From Mobula hypostoma (taxonomy: Eukaryota), in NCBI RefSeq assembly GCF_963921235.1, contig NC_086097.1:114206001-114270000 (forward strand): 64,000 bases of DNA, given 5' to 3'. The notes beneath the pieces were generated by a model. That model did not search any database and had not been told where the DNA came from. It saw only the letters and a program-made list of their open reading frames with translations. Each line of letters begins with the position of its first letter. Position 1 is the stretch's first letter. Both the position numbers and the translations under genes were made by a program. This document shows positions 28,390 through 42,267 of the stretch, piece after piece.

Positions 28390-29098
28390 ACACATAAGAA
28401 CTAAATTGGTATATTCAGTCCAATAAGTTTGTTCTATTATTTGATCACGGCTGATTTATTTTCCCTCTCAATCCCATTCTCCTGCCTTCTCCCCATAACC
28501 TTAGATATTCTTACTAATCAAGAACCTATAAGTCTCTCTCTGCTTTAAATATACTCAATGACTTGGCCTCCAAAGTCATCTGTCACAATGAATTTCACAG
28601 ATTCAACACCCTCTGGCTAAAAATATTCATCATCTCTGTTCTAATGGGAATTCCATCAATTCTGCAACTGTGCCCTCTGGTCCTAGACTCTCCCACTACT
28701 AGAAACATTCTATCCGCGTACACCCTATTCAGGCCTTTTACTACTCAGTAGGTTTCAATGAGATCTGCCCCCTCCCCTCTTTCTTCTAAACTCCAGAGTC
28801 TACAGGCCCAGAGCCATCAAGCGTTCCTCATATGTTAACTTCTTCATTGCCAGATTTATTCTTGTAAACTTCCATTGGACCCTCTGTAATGCCAGCACAT
28901 CTTCTCGTAGATATATGGCCCAAAACTACTCACAATGCTCCAAATATGATCTGACCAATGCCTTATAAAGTCCTAGCATTACATCCTTGCTTTTATATTG
29001 TAGTTCTCTGAGAATGAATGCTAACGTTGCATTTGCCTTCTTTACTATCAATCTGACGCTAAGCTTGGGGAATCCTATACTAGGATTCCCAAGTTCCT
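28390..29098 (-). mobile_element. CR1 LINE 3' fragment
   Basis: VKKANATLAFI...LYKALVR peptide and CR1 3' UTR. Confidence 0.8.
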
Positions 29099-29699
29099 TA
29101 CAATTGCAATAGCCCATCTTCTCTTAGATGATTAATTAACACTCCCCCATGAATAAGAATAATTGGAAGTAGTACTTAAGCTAGCAGAAAAATCAAGTGT
29201 GGTTTGGCATCACCATCATTGTCAAAACTGGTCAGGTCCTGAAGTTCAGAGATACCAGCTTCAGTCTGCAGCAGGTCATGACCATTCACATTTGGAGGGA
29301 TAAGACTACTTGTGTCAATCTACCAATGATACATCCATCCAAGTAATCACCACATAGTTCTTGTGAGTCGAAGTTCTGTCTTACAATCTATAATTGTGCT
29401 GTATTGCATAAACAGAACAGATCTGGCAATTCAAATCCATCAATGCTTACATTTGTTCATTACACCTATTTTATTTAACTGCAGCATTTTGAAGACCTTG
29501 TATTTTGCATTGAGATTTACAAAACATGATCCCTATGATAACAGTAGAATATTAGAACTTCGATAAATGATTCAATTCCTGAATTCCATGATAAAGAGCT
29601 TCACACATGAAAAAAGGAAAGAGCAATGGACTGGGACCAATCATACAACACAAGCATTAACAAAACAGCAGCAGCCAACACAACAACAAAAGTACTGCA

Positions 29700-30160
29700 T
29701 TATGCAGCATCTTTCATAGCTTTGAAATGCCCCTTGAGACTTTACTTTTGAAGCTGAACTTTTAAAGACCTTATTTTGAGTGCACTCATGAAGTGCAATG
29801 ACCAGATAATCGATTTTTGATAAGTGACTGAAAAATACATTCCAAATAAACATCCAGGCTAACTGCTGGAGCAAACATTGGCGAGAACATTACTCTTCTC
29901 TGAAACATGCTCATAGATTTTATACCCACTGATCATGTAGATCAGGGATTCCCAACCTTTTCTATGCCATGGACCCCCACCATTAACTGAGAGGTCTGTG
30001 GACCACAGGTTGTGAACCCCTGAATGGTTGCTTGTTTACTACTCATTCAAATTTGGCATCTCCAACAGCACAAAATTCCTCAGTACTCTGCCTTTGTTAG
30101 AATTATGTTTGTGTTTCTGCGTTGTCAATTCTCAACCTTTTTAACTCAAAGAATGCTGCT
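29700..30160 (-). mobile_element. Ancient Deu-domain SINE relic (SacSINE1/AmnSINE1-like), interrupted by a MITE
   Basis: AATGACCAGATAATC.ATTTTT and GGCATCTCCAACAG...CCTCAGTACT blocks resemble the recalled DeuSINE consensus. Confidence 0.5.
29943..30022. mobile_element. 80 bp hAT-type MITE
   Basis: TIRs CAGGGATTCCCAACCT and AGGTTGTGAACCCCTG; no clear 8 bp TSD. Confidence 0.7.
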
Positions 30161-31651
30161 AATTGAAGATAAGAGAAGTGTCCAACTATTGGCTGATAAT
30201 CAGGACTTAAAATGTTGGCATACAAGAGTTAGAGTCTTAGTGTCATGGAGAGATACAACATGGGAACAGGCCCCCTCAGCTCACTGCACTGATTATCAGC
30301 CACCTACCTACATCAATCCTACATTAACCCCTTTTTTTCCCACTGTCTCCACATTCTCCTCAACTATCCCTAGATTCTACCACTAACCTACATTCCAGGG
30401 ACAATATATAGTAGCTGGAACACAGTGGAAACACACACAGTCACAGGGAGAATGTGCAGCTCAACATAGGCTCAACTCTGACCTTGGAGTGCTGCCTAAG
30501 TCTCTGGATCCGTGAGACAACAAATCTGATAGATGCACCACTGTGTGGCTTAATTTGTAAGTCTCCTTTTTATACAATTATAGCTTTCAGAAAAGGAGAA
30601 AAGTTGTTGCTAAATTATAACATTCAGTTCCCTTTCCCTTCACTGTATCAAACCTAAAGTGACAGTGAACACTGGCATACAGCACTTGAATTGAGTGATC
30701 TGTTTCTGTGTAGTATCCTGAGTAAACCTAATATAGCTGGATTATTTACCAGGATATTACTACCTTATTTAGTGCATATGAAGTATTACCATGGAACACT
30801 AATGAAATAATTTCTAAAAGTAGTCATTGTTGCTTTATGTACAGGAAGCTGGCAGAAACACCTACCCTGTCCATTGCAGCACATGCCATGAACCAAGCAT
30901 GAATCTATCCAGGATTTGTGCAGAACAATTGCCTGTGAAAGCTGGTATGGAACTAGCTGGGTCATGCAATATAGGTGCCAAGACATGGGGTCCAGGGCTG
31001 CACACCAGGTTCCATTGATGAGAACTGCCATCACATGGTGATGGAAAATAATGTTTCCTGTTTTCTTTGCTTGATCACACTCTTCTCCCAGCTTGGAAAT
31101 CACAAAATAGGAGTTGAAAACAGCTTCCATCACATGCAACAAGAGCGGATGAGAGTGCTTCCAAATCCCAGAAATAGTCTATGCTTACCAACCCTGTTAG
31201 TGTGTAAAATTTGAGTCCCACACCTTAAATCTGAGAGAATATTTTTCACACTTGAGTCCACTCAACACCTATCCTCTGTGACTGTCTGATCATACATTGA
31301 GCCATGGGTCAATGCATTACCAGAGGAACATCAGAAGAGGGGAAAGATTTGCACCAGGTTCTAACATAGCCCTTAGGAGTTATCCTTAGTTTCTTCAATA
31401 TTTATTTCTGAATCAACATTATCAAAAATGCTTATAGATCCTCCAATCTGAACCTTCACAGACGTATAGCACTGTAATTTTAAAAAGATATCCACTAATG
31501 CTGTGTGCTGTGTGTCGGCATTGTGTGTGGCAGATCTACACGGGCTACCACTGTAGCATTCAACATCTGTGAAACATTGCCAGTAAAATGATGCATACAT
31601 GAAATACTATTTCAATATCTTACATGATTTCAATGATATTCTGCAATTTAC

Positions 31652-31708
31652 CTTTCTTCTGTGTTTTTGAGCAAATGCCTGAATATTTCCACTCTTGTAA
31701 AAAGCTAT
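31652..31708 (-). CDS. C18orf63: C18orf63 coding exon 3, IAFYKSGNIQAFAQKHRRK
   Basis: ttttttag acceptor, GTAAAT donor, 57 nt, phase 0-0. Resembles human IPFYKARKLNAYVEKYGAK. Confidence 0.88.
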
Positions 31709-33593
31709 CTAAAAAACATAAAAAGCAACTTTTAGCAGCATGGGGAATAAAATCTTACTTCTACAGTGTCAATGCCAATTATATCTTTCAGATCTATTGT
31801 TGTGCAAGATTAATATTCAATACCTTTCATCAATGTTCCTCAGTCTAGAAACAAATCTTTTGTTCCAAAAGTATACTTAATAAAATATGCAAATATACAA
31901 TACATATTAATAATGTTCACATTCATGGTACATTAATATAAAGAAATGTAATTTTACATATATTCTATGAACATAAAGTCTAAGAAGTTTTTATATAGTC
32001 CATAATAAACAGCTGGAACTCAAGCACAAAACAGCACAGAAAAATATATCTGGTTTGCAGAATAAATCCAATAAAGCAGAAAGGCTCTGAGCTGAATTCT
32101 CCACAAGATGCTCCTGACACATATTCACCAACCATAAATGCCTATTTCATACTTTAGATCACTCTTGCTATAAATATATCCCTGACATCTATATGGTTCT
32201 CTTTTCTTTTCATTATACACAACTCCAAGATAGATAAGGGACAAAATGTAACCATGGAATACAACATGTACTCTTAAAAACAAGAACTCCCTCCTAACAT
32301 AGTGCACATGAAAGGTCACCTAGTTTTATTTGATAAATTAGATCTATGATTGTTGTAGTGATTCCTGTGTGTTCTCAACATAAGTAAACTGGTATCCCAT
32401 TTTCTCAGTGGCCAACTGTTGACAGATAAACCTCAAAAGATCTTGATACTTGGCTGTTAAAATTTACTAGCTGTACTCTGTTATTTTGGACCCTCCAGGA
32501 ACAAATGATTCAGGAAATTTCCTGTACTGTAATTTGTAAGACAGATTCATAAAGTGACTGTTCCTGAATCCACAACCTTCTCTGGCAATTCATTTCAGAT
32601 ACCAAATACAACTAATGTAAATATTGTACCTCCAAGATCCCCTTTAAACCCCCTCCCTCTCAAATTTATTTATGCCATCTAGGTTTGGACGTCCTACCAT
32701 GGGAAATAGACATTTGTTATCTATCCATTATATGCCTCTCATAATCTTACGTATCTCAATGCTCAAGAGAACACAAAACCCCATAAATCCTGTTTCTCCT
32801 GATAACTCCAAACTCTCTAATCCAGGCAACATTCCTGTGAATCTTACCTGCATCCTTGCTACTTTAACCATGTCCTTCCTATAATGTGGCTACTTAAAGT
32901 GCACACAGAAATTACAAATGTGGTGTTGTGCAAAGAACCATTAACATCTTCCCCAAATAATCTATATCTGTGCTTGTACCCAGGCACAACATCAAAACAA
33001 TGATCTGCATTTGCTTCTCACCTGGCACCTCCTCAAATTTAAGATTCTCTGCTTTTGTTCAAATTTCTTGCCAGCCTCACTCCAATCAACATCTGTGATC
33101 TCCGAAGTCCTTCAACCCATTGAGAAACATGCTCCTCCAGTTCAAGTCTCCTCTGCATTGCAGCGTTTGATCACTCCATTTTTCCCAGTTCTGTCGTCAG
33201 TTGTTGTGCCCAATATCATTAAGTGTCCGAGTGCCAAATTTTGCCTGAAGCTGCTTCTATGAAGTTTTTATTTTATTGTGTTAATGGTGCCATATAAAAG
33301 TAACAATATGCAGAAAAATAAACCCAATTAGAATTTTGGGATTCATGAAACTACTATTAAGGTTAAAGGTGATTTAGAGGAGGTTTAAAGGTGGCCTGAG
33401 AGATGTTGTTTTCACACAAAGAGCAGTTGGTATCTGGAATGGGATTTTCTTTTAAAGTGAGAAATCGCGAATAGTTTTGGCAACGCTGTATTTTACATCC
33501 ATTTTGACAATCCACTGCCTTCTATCCCACTTCAGAGACATGTAGAGCCTGTCAATGCTGTATACACTACTGTTTTTGGAGCTGTGATCAGTT

Positions 33594-36500
33594 TAGAAAC
33601 ATAGAAAATAGGTGCAGGAGTAGGCCATTCGGCCGTTCGAGCCTGCACCATTATTTATTACGATCATGGCTGATCATCCAACTCAGAACCCTGCACCAGC
33701 CTTCCCTCCATACCCTCTGATCCCCCTAGCCACAAGGGCCATATCCAACTCCATCTTAAATATAGCCAATGAACTGGCCTCAACTGTTTCCTGTGGCAGA
33801 GAATTCCACAGATTCACCACTCTCTGTGTGAAGAAGTTTTTCCTAATCTCAGTCCTAAAAGGCTTCGCCTTTATCCTCAAACCATGATCCCTCGTTCTGG
33901 ACTTCCCCAACATCGGGAACAATCTTCCTGCATCTAGCCTGTCCAATCCCTTTAGGATTTTATACGTTTCAATCAGATCCCCCCTCAATCTTCTAAATTC
34001 CAACGAGTACAAGCCTAGTTCATCCAGTCTTTCTTCATATGAAAGTCCTACCATCCCAGGAATCAATCTGGTGAACCTTCTTTGTACTCCCTCTATGGCA
34101 AGGATGTCTTTCCTCAGATTAGAGGACCAAAACTGCACCCAATACTCCAGGTGTGGTCTCACCAAGGCCTTGTACAACTGCAGTAGTACCTCCCTGCTCC
34201 TGTACTCGAATCCTCTTGCTAGAAATGCCAGCATACCATTCGCCTTTTTCACCGCCTGCTGTACCTGCATGCCCACTTTCAATGACTGGTGTATAATGAC
34301 ACCCAGGTCTCGTTGCACCTCCCCTTTTCCTAATCGGCCACCATTCAGATAATAATCTGTTTTCCTATTTTTGCCACCAGAGTGGTTAACTTCACATTTA
34401 TCCACATTAAATTGCATCTGCCATGAATTTGCCCACTCACCCAACCTATCCAAGTCACCCTGCATCCTCTCAGCATCCTCCTCACAGCTAACACTGCCAC
34501 CCAGCTTCGTGTCATCCGCAAACTTGGAGATACTGCATTTAATTCCCTCATCCAAGTCATTAATATATATTGTAAACAACTGGGGTCCCAGCACTGAGCC
34601 TTGCGGTACCCCACTAGTCACTGCCTGCCATTCTGAAAAGGTCCCGTTTATTCCCACTCTTTGCTTCCTGTCTGCTAACCAATTCTCTATCCACATCAAT
34701 ACCTTACCCTCAATACCATGTGCATTAAGTTTGCACACTAATCTCCTGTGTGGGACCTTGTCAAAAGCCTTTTGAAAATCCAAATATACAACATCCACTG
34801 GTTCTCCCCTATCCACTCTACTAGTTACATCCTCAAAAAATTCTATGAGATTCGTCAGACATGATTTTCCTTTCACAAATCCATGCTGACTTTGTCCAAT
34901 GATTTCACCGCTTTCCAAATGTGCTGTTATCACATCTTTGATAACTGACTCCAGCAGTTTCCCCACCACTGACGTTAGGCTAACCGGTCTATAATTCCCC
35001 GGTTTCTCTCTCCCTCCTTTTTTAAAAAGTGGGGTTACATTAGCCACCCTCCAATTCTCAGGAACTAGTCCAGAATCTAACGAGTTTTGAAAAATTATCA
35101 CTAATGCATCCACTATTTCTTGGGCTACTTCCTTAAGCACTCTGGGATGCAGACCATCTGGCCCTGGGGATTTATCTGCCTTTAATCCCTTCAATTTACC
35201 TAACACCACTTCCCTACTAACATGTATTTCGCTCAGTTCCTCCATCTCACTGGACCCTCTGTCCCTTACTATTTCTGGAAGATTATTTATGTCCTCCTTA
35301 GTGAAGACAGAACCAAAGTAATTATTCAATTGGTCTGTCATGTCCTTGCTCCCCATAATCAATTCACCGGTTTCTGCCTATAGGGGACCTACATTTGTCT
35401 TTACCAGTCTTTTCCTTTTTACATATCTATAAAAGCTTTTACAGTCAGTTTTTATGTTCCCTGCCAGTTTTCTCTCATAATCTTTTTTCCCTTTCCTAAT
35501 TAAGCCCTTTGTCCTCCTCTGCTGAACTCTGAATTTCTCCCAGTCCTCAGGTGAGCCACTTTTTCTGGCTAATTTGTATGCTTCGTCTTTGGAATTGATA
35601 CTATCCCTAATTTCTCTTGTCAGCCACGGGTGCACTACCTTCCTTGATTTATTCTTTTGCCAAACTGGGATGAACAATTGTTGTAGTTCATCCATGCAAT
35701 CTTTAAATGCTTGCCATTGCATATCCACCGTCAATCCTTTAAGTGTCATTTGCCAGTCTATCTTAGCTAATTCATGTCTCATACATTCAAAGTTGCCCCT
35801 CTTTAAGTTCAGAACCTTTGTTTCTGAATTAACTATGTCACTCTCCATCTTAATGAAGAATTCCACCATATTATGGTCACTCTTACCCAAGGGGCCTCTC
35901 ACGACAAGATTGCAAATTAACCCTTCCTCATTGCTCAAAACCCAGTCTAGAATAGCCTGCTCTCTAGTTGGTTCCTCGACATTTTGGTTCAAAAAACCAT
36001 CTCGCATACATTCCAAGAAATCCTCTTCCTCAGCACCTTTACCAATTTGGTTCACCCAATCTACATGTAGATTGAAGTCACCCATTATAACTGCTGTTCC
36101 TTTATTGCACACATTTCTAATTTCCTGTTTAATACCATCCCCGACCTCACTACTACTGTTAGGTGGCCTGTACACAACTCCCACCAGCGTTTTCTGCCCT
36201 TAGTGTTATGCAGCTCTACCCATATCGATTCCACATCTTCCCGGTTTATGTCCTTCCTTTCTATTGTGTTAATCTCTTCTTTAACCAGCAACGCCACCCC
36301 ACCTCCTTTTCTTTCATGTCTATTCTTCCTGAATATTGAATATCCCTGAACGTTGAGCTCCCATTCCTGGTCACCCTGGAGCCATGTCTCTGTGATCCCA
36401 ACTATATCATAATCATTAATAACAATCTGCACTTTCAATTCATCCACCTTGTTACGAATGCTCCTGGCATTGACACACAAAGCCTTCAGGCGCTCTTTTA

Positions 36501-36932
36501 CAACTCTCTTAGCCCTTATACAATTATGTTGAAAAGTGGCCCTTTTTGATGCTTGCCCTGGATTTTCGGCCTGCCACTTTTACTTTTCTCCTTACTACTT
36601 TTTGCTTCTCCCCTCACTTTACACCTCTCTGTCTCTCTGCACTGGTTCCCATCCCCCTGTTGTGAACTAACCTCCTCTCGCCTAGCCTCTTTAATTTGAT
36701 TCCCACCCCCCCCAACCATTCTGGTTTAAAGTCACCTCAGTAGCCCTCGCTAATCTCCCTGCCAGGATATTGGTCCCCCTAGGATTCATGTGTAACCCGT
36801 CCTTTTTGTACAGGTCACGCCTGCGCCAAAAGAGGTCCCAATGATCCAAAAACTTGAATCCCTGCCTCCTGCTCCAATCACTCAGCCATGCATTTATCCT
36901 CCACCTCATCGCATTCCTACTCTCACTGTCGC
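33594..36932 (-). mobile_element. Young 5'-truncated CR1 LINE, same subfamily as 46109-50451, inactivated
   Basis: ORF1 C-terminus plus ORF2 nearly identical to the intact copy. Premature TAG at 35378-35380 and frameshifts near 36196 and 36565. Confidence 0.95.
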
Positions 36933-37991
36933 TTGTTTTAATTAATCAGTTCAGCATTTTTTTTTAAATGTCGCCATTTCATGTGGCAAATAGAACTCAA
37001 ATTATTGGAGATATTCATTCTCCACAGGCCCACTCCCTCAGTCAGTTTAGTCACATGTGAGAAGAACGATGTGCAGGATTATCCATGTGTCAGTCTGCTT
37101 TTAAAACGTGTTCCAATTTTGACTGTGCTATGTTCATTGATATTGCTTTCTTACAGGTAGATCATATGACAAAAGCACCTCCAAACATGAATCCTCAGTC
37201 TTTCTTAACCAAAAGGTGAAATTAGGGAATAACTTGCAAATTTTTGGCATTGTTTTCTTAAGTAAATAAAGTGGTCTTGATCACAGGACAATAAAACAGA
37301 GGTAAGAGCCGTCCAACAATTCAGCAATTAAGAGGCAGGTAAAACAAAGTCATGTCATCTGCACATGCTTTAAGAAATGGAAGTTGAGAAATGTATTTAC
37401 TTATTTACTCCTTTTATTGACATAATTTTCATAAGGTGAATTTCATTCCATATCTCAAAATTTGGATAGTGGTTTGTGAATTTTGCAAGGGCACGGAGGT
37501 GATCTATATAGGGAATTATTTTCCCTATATTATATAGGCAATTATTGGAAGATATAAAGCAATGCAACACTAACATTAAAATCCAAGACATCATATCAAC
37601 CCAAGGTACCATCATGGCAGCCGTCTTGGCATGTCCATTGAGATCATTAAGTTTTTGTTGTTCTATCCTCAAGCCAGTTAACAATATTGGTTGTGTTACA
37701 TAAGTTGTCATCTTCTTCTTGGTATCCTGACCTACAGAGCCAAATGTACAATGGCCTGCCAGGAGAGAAAACTCATTTTCCATCAATAATGTTCCAGTAA
37801 CAATTTTTCAGCCACACTGGAGAAGCAAAGAACAAGGCTTATTCATTTGGCTGTTAGTTGACATGGAAAAGGATAACAATCATTTTTATTTAGCATTTCC
37901 TAAACATGCAAAAGTGCTCCTTTATATGATTGCAATCTTGTAAGTCTTGCAATTTCACTACTGATAGCTAAACTAGCAGGTTCTTATCTAT

Positions 37992-38098
37992 GCAAGCACA
38001 AGGAAATCTGCAGATGCTGGAATTTCAAGCAACACACAAAAAAGTTGCTGGTGAACGCAGCAGGCCAGGCAGCATCTCTGTTCACCGCAACTTTTTTG
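37992..38098. mobile_element. Tiny Penelope-type terminal-repeat insertion with internal inversion
   Basis: 14 bp direct repeat AGGTTCTTATCTAT at 37978-37991 and 38099-38112; body homologous to 44172-44250 and 52250-52335. Confidence 0.75.
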
Positions 38099-38450
38099 AG
38101 GTTCTTATCTATTTCTTGCCTAGAAATGCAAAACTATACTGAACTCATGGCTTCTCATACTTCCAACTACAAATCTAAATAGAACCCCACTATTTTTCAA
38201 GAATGGGAGTACCAGGAACAAATTAATCTTTTCACTGAGAACTTAAATTTATATCGTAAGATGTCCTAAGCTATTCCACAGTATTATAATAACTAATACA
38301 TTTGGTTTAAATAACTTGATTTAGGTATACACTTAATCATCCAATACTTATCAAAGCGATATTTAATTAGTTTTTGCAGTTTTACAAATCTAGAGTACTA
38401 TGCATACCATCTCTTCAAAATCCATCAAAAACACTGAAATTCATACTCAC

Positions 38451-38523
38451 AGGCATTATTACAATAATTTCTTTATGTTCTCCTGGAGCAACAAGAATGT
38501 CTGGATAAAGAAATAGCAATTCC
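38451..38523 (-). CDS. C18orf63: C18orf63 coding exon 2, (R)ELLFLYPDILVAPGEHKEIIVIMP
   Basis: ttttttgcag acceptor, GTGAGT donor, 73 nt, phase 2 to 0. Resembles human RQLLFLHQDIL. Confidence 0.9.
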
Positions 38524-40220
38524 CTGCAAAAAAGCAGCCTTAGTTCATTAGGTTGGCAATAAAGGACAAACTGACAATGTGGTTGAAAAGGACAGAGCAT
38601 TAATATTTTCTTATTGTCACTGTCCAAAATTTAGAATTTTACAAGTAGTGTTTGTATAGGTTATATTTTAATTCCGAGTTGGTTACAGTCTATCCCTAGG
38701 AAATGACTGGTTTCTACCTTTATGTCCATAAATTTTGTTCAGAAATCAGACAAGACAAAAATCACTTGATTCGATATCCATACCTCCACGGTACTATAAT
38801 TAATGGCATCAAAAGCATGTTAAGACTGATAAGGGAAAAAAAAGCTGTTAAAAGAGGAAAGAGGAGACTGGTTCTATCATTCATAGGAATTATTTTTTGT
38901 ATATATGACAGACTTGAATTTAATATTATAGGAGCTCATTCATCTGTATTAAGTGTTCATAACTCTGGTATGGACTGTAGATTGGAAAAGGATACTGTCA
39001 TAGTGCCAAATAGCACAACATGTCTTCAAACAAAGTATTTGACTGAAAAACTCTGGAAATTTTAGATTCTTCTTTGGCTTTTGATTTATTATACACATAC
39101 CTTACATGATTAATTCCATGGTTGAATCATTTAACAGTGACACAAGTGTATTTAATATCCAGCAAATAATACTTTAAAAAATGAATCTCTGATTGAGAAC
39201 TATAAAATTTCAATTCCCCAAACTGTGAGGCAAGTGCTGTAATGTAGTCTTAGAGTTAACTCTCTTTCCACAGAAGCTACCTGAACCTTTGAGTATTCCT
39301 GCATCTGCAGTTTTTGATTTTCAACACAAAATGAATAATAATCTATTAATTTTAACATTTGTGACACTGTCAAAAAGATAATGTACCATGTACTGAAAGT
39401 TACATTTTGATATTTGACTTGATGTTTTACACAAACAAACCAGAGAAAGCTGTTGACTGATATTAATGTCCCTTTGTTTGTGGCAGAGGAAGATAGCAGA
39501 AGCAAACAAACATAAAATTGCACTCCTTAATTAGTACGTATTAATATACTTGTTGTACATGTTTACAGACAGCACAGGCATAAGTAGATTTCATGTTCAA
39601 TACATTCCTTTTAAAGACCAAAATGCACATTTTTCGTTTTGCTGTAAACCATGAGAATATTGAGAAGGCCAAAGCATTGAATAGTTTTAGCCCCAGGAAG
39701 TAGGTGAAAATTCTAAATTCAACTATAAATTTCCAAAGTTCTCATGATTCAGGCTTGATTTCTTTATATTGGAAAACAGTGCCTATTATTATGTAGGAAA
39801 TGTAAAACCAAGAAGGTATTGCCCAGTCAGAATGCTCAAAGAACTCGTATTGAGGTACAATGAAATTCAAATCACAACTCTTCTCCAGGTTCCATACAAG
39901 TATCATTAATTTTCACTCCCTGAATAGAAATCAAATCAAAGTTCAAAGTAAATTTATTCTTAGACTACATACAGTATATGTCACTATATACTACCTTGAG
40001 GTTCATTTTCTATCAGGCACTCACAATAGAACAAAGAAATGCAATAAAGATCAATAAAAAAAATTGCACACAAACACAGATGGGCAAACAACCAATGTGC
40101 AAAAGATAAGCTGTGCAAACAAACAAATAAATAAATAAACGAATACTAAGATTGAGCTGTAGAGTCCTATAAAGTTAGTCCATAGGTTGTAGAGCAATTT
40201 CAGAGTTGAGGTGAGTGAAG

Positions 40221-40705
40221 TTAATTAAAAAATCTTACAGAGGCAAGTGGTTAAACACTGCTGGGGCATTTGAGGGGAGAACTTTGAATCTCGGTATACT
40301 CTGTGTTTTCTAGACATCTGTCACTTTGGCCTTTTAGGACCGGATCCAGGATGACCTAGTTCAACACCTTTCTTGTTAAAGAATAAAGGTGTATTTTTAA
40401 TGTGTGTACTTGTGCCCCCAAAACAATTTCAGAAGGGCATTCTCTAAACAACTTGTTTTCTCTTGAGATGGTCTTGGATATTCAACCTCCTATGCAAGTT
40501 GTTGAGAAATGCCCTTCTGAAATGGTTCAGGGGCACAAGTACACATATTAAAAATACACCCTTATTCTTTAACAAGAAAGATGTTGAACTTGGTCATCCT
40601 GGATCCGGTCCTAAAAGGGCAAAGTGACAGATGTCCAGAAAACACAGAGTATACCGAGACTCAAAGTCCTCCCCTCAAATGCCCCAGCAGTGATTTTTTA
40701 ATTAA
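40221..40705. repeat. Fold-back (palindromic) element, ~200 bp inverted arms with a 39 bp spacer
   Basis: 40256-40455 is the near reverse complement of 40495-40692; outer TTAATTAAAAAATC and GATTTTTTAATTAA. Confidence 0.92.
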
Positions 40706-41049
40706 GAACTTCCCAATGTCTCAGACGGAATTATTTAAAATCCCTTTGAATTGATTACAGTTCTTTAAATAAGTTTTACAAATAAAATTGTTTAAAACAT
40801 AGAAAAACACTAATAATACTTCAAGGCTTTTAAATTACAAGAAAAACTTCAGCATAAGGATCTCCAGCATCTTCAAGATTTTCTTGTGGTTGTGATTCAA
40901 ACAGTGTACGCCATTTTACCAATCTGGTGGCGACCTCATTCAAATTTGCACTTTCCTTGTCTGCAGTACATCATTGTTCCAACACCAGACACAATGGTAA
41001 GCCCAGCCATAGAAGGGAATCACTGCACATATACACAAGGTCCAAAACA

Positions 41050-42075
41050 TGCTAAGACACTAAGAGCACTTACTGAGCAGGTAATCTGCCATCAGTCAGC
41101 ATTAATTAAACCTCTGACTGAGCTGCAGAAGTCAGTGGCAGCAGCTAGAGATGAAGCTCATGGCTCCACATTCTCTAAGGCCTTGCACGAAAAGGGATTT
41201 ATGGAAGAATGGCAAAGAAAAGCATATCCTTGCCCGTAAAGACTTTGCAAAGCATCACTAAGATACTGTAAGGACGTGGAAGAAGGTCTTGCGGTTGGAT
41301 GAGACTAAAGTGGAACTTTGTGGCACCAGCACCAAGCAATACTTGCGGCATAAATCTGATACTACTTCTCAACCAGATTTCACCATCCCTACTGTAAAGT
41401 ATGGTGGAGGTAGCATCATGCTATGGGGAAGCTTTTCAGCAACAGGAACTGAAAGTCTTTTCTGGATTTATGTGAAGACGAATGCTATTAAATGCAGTGA
41501 GATCCAAGATAAAAACCTGCTAGCCTCTGCCAGAAGGATTAAACTGGGGAGAAAGTTCAGAAGTTGACCTTTCAGGGCAAAGACCCAAAGCACGCTGCCA
41601 GACCAACCATGGAGTGGTTGCAAATGAAGAAAATTGATGTCCTTGAGTGGACCACTCAGAGACCTGATCGAACATCTCCGGCAAGACCTCAAGATATCTG
41701 TTCACCATCATTCCCCAACTAACGTAGCACAGATTGAGCAATTTTGCAAGAGGAATGGACAAATCTTGCACCATCACATTGTGCAAAGCTAATACGATTT
41801 ATCCAAAAAGATTACTGGCTGTAATAGCTGCAGAGGTGGTTCAACTAACTACATAGTGAACAAAGGGGAATCAATACAGTACTTTTGAACAGCTGACATT
41901 TCAGCTTTTGAATTTTTAGTTGTTCAGACTTTAGCATTTTCCCTATTTTCTGGGCTCTGTAAAAAAAAAGAGCTCATGATTTACAAATAAAAATTGTCAG
42001 TTTAAATTGCTTAAAATCCCTGGTTGCAATACTCATTTACGTGAACAAAGGGCTGAATACTTTTACAAGGCACTG
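41050..42075 (+). mobile_element. Tc1 transposon remnant (transposase pseudogene and right TIR)
   Basis: DETKVEL, TVKYGGGSIMLWG and a degenerate WPSQSPDL motif; ends GAATACTTTTACAAGGCACTG-TA. Confidence 0.85.
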
Positions 42076-42136
42076 TACATAACATGTCATTAAACAAGTT
42101 TTGACTTTAAAACAATCATACTTCCATTTGAATTAC

Positions 42137-42267
42137 CTGCACGTTATAGTCTGCAAACTTTTTGCGTCAGCATCATCACAATTCAAAATCATAGTTATGC
42201 TACATAATTTTCGAAGATCAGGTAGACCAACGAAGAACAGGGACTGAAATCTATAATTCTCGTTCAT
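42137..42267 (-). CDS. C18orf63: C18orf63 (DUF4708) first coding exon, MNENYRFQSLFFVGLPDLRKLCSITMILNCDDADAKSLQTITC(R)
   Basis: Acceptor tttcacag gives an exon start at 42294; ATG at 42267; donor GTAATT; 131 coding nt. Peptide resembles the recalled human N-terminus (QSLFFITLPDLNKLC). Confidence 0.9.

Noticed and set aside
37397..37786. 129 aa minus-strand ORF in a C18orf63 intron
   Set aside because: No recognisable motif, and the neighbouring exons already join in phase without it; likely a chance ORF.
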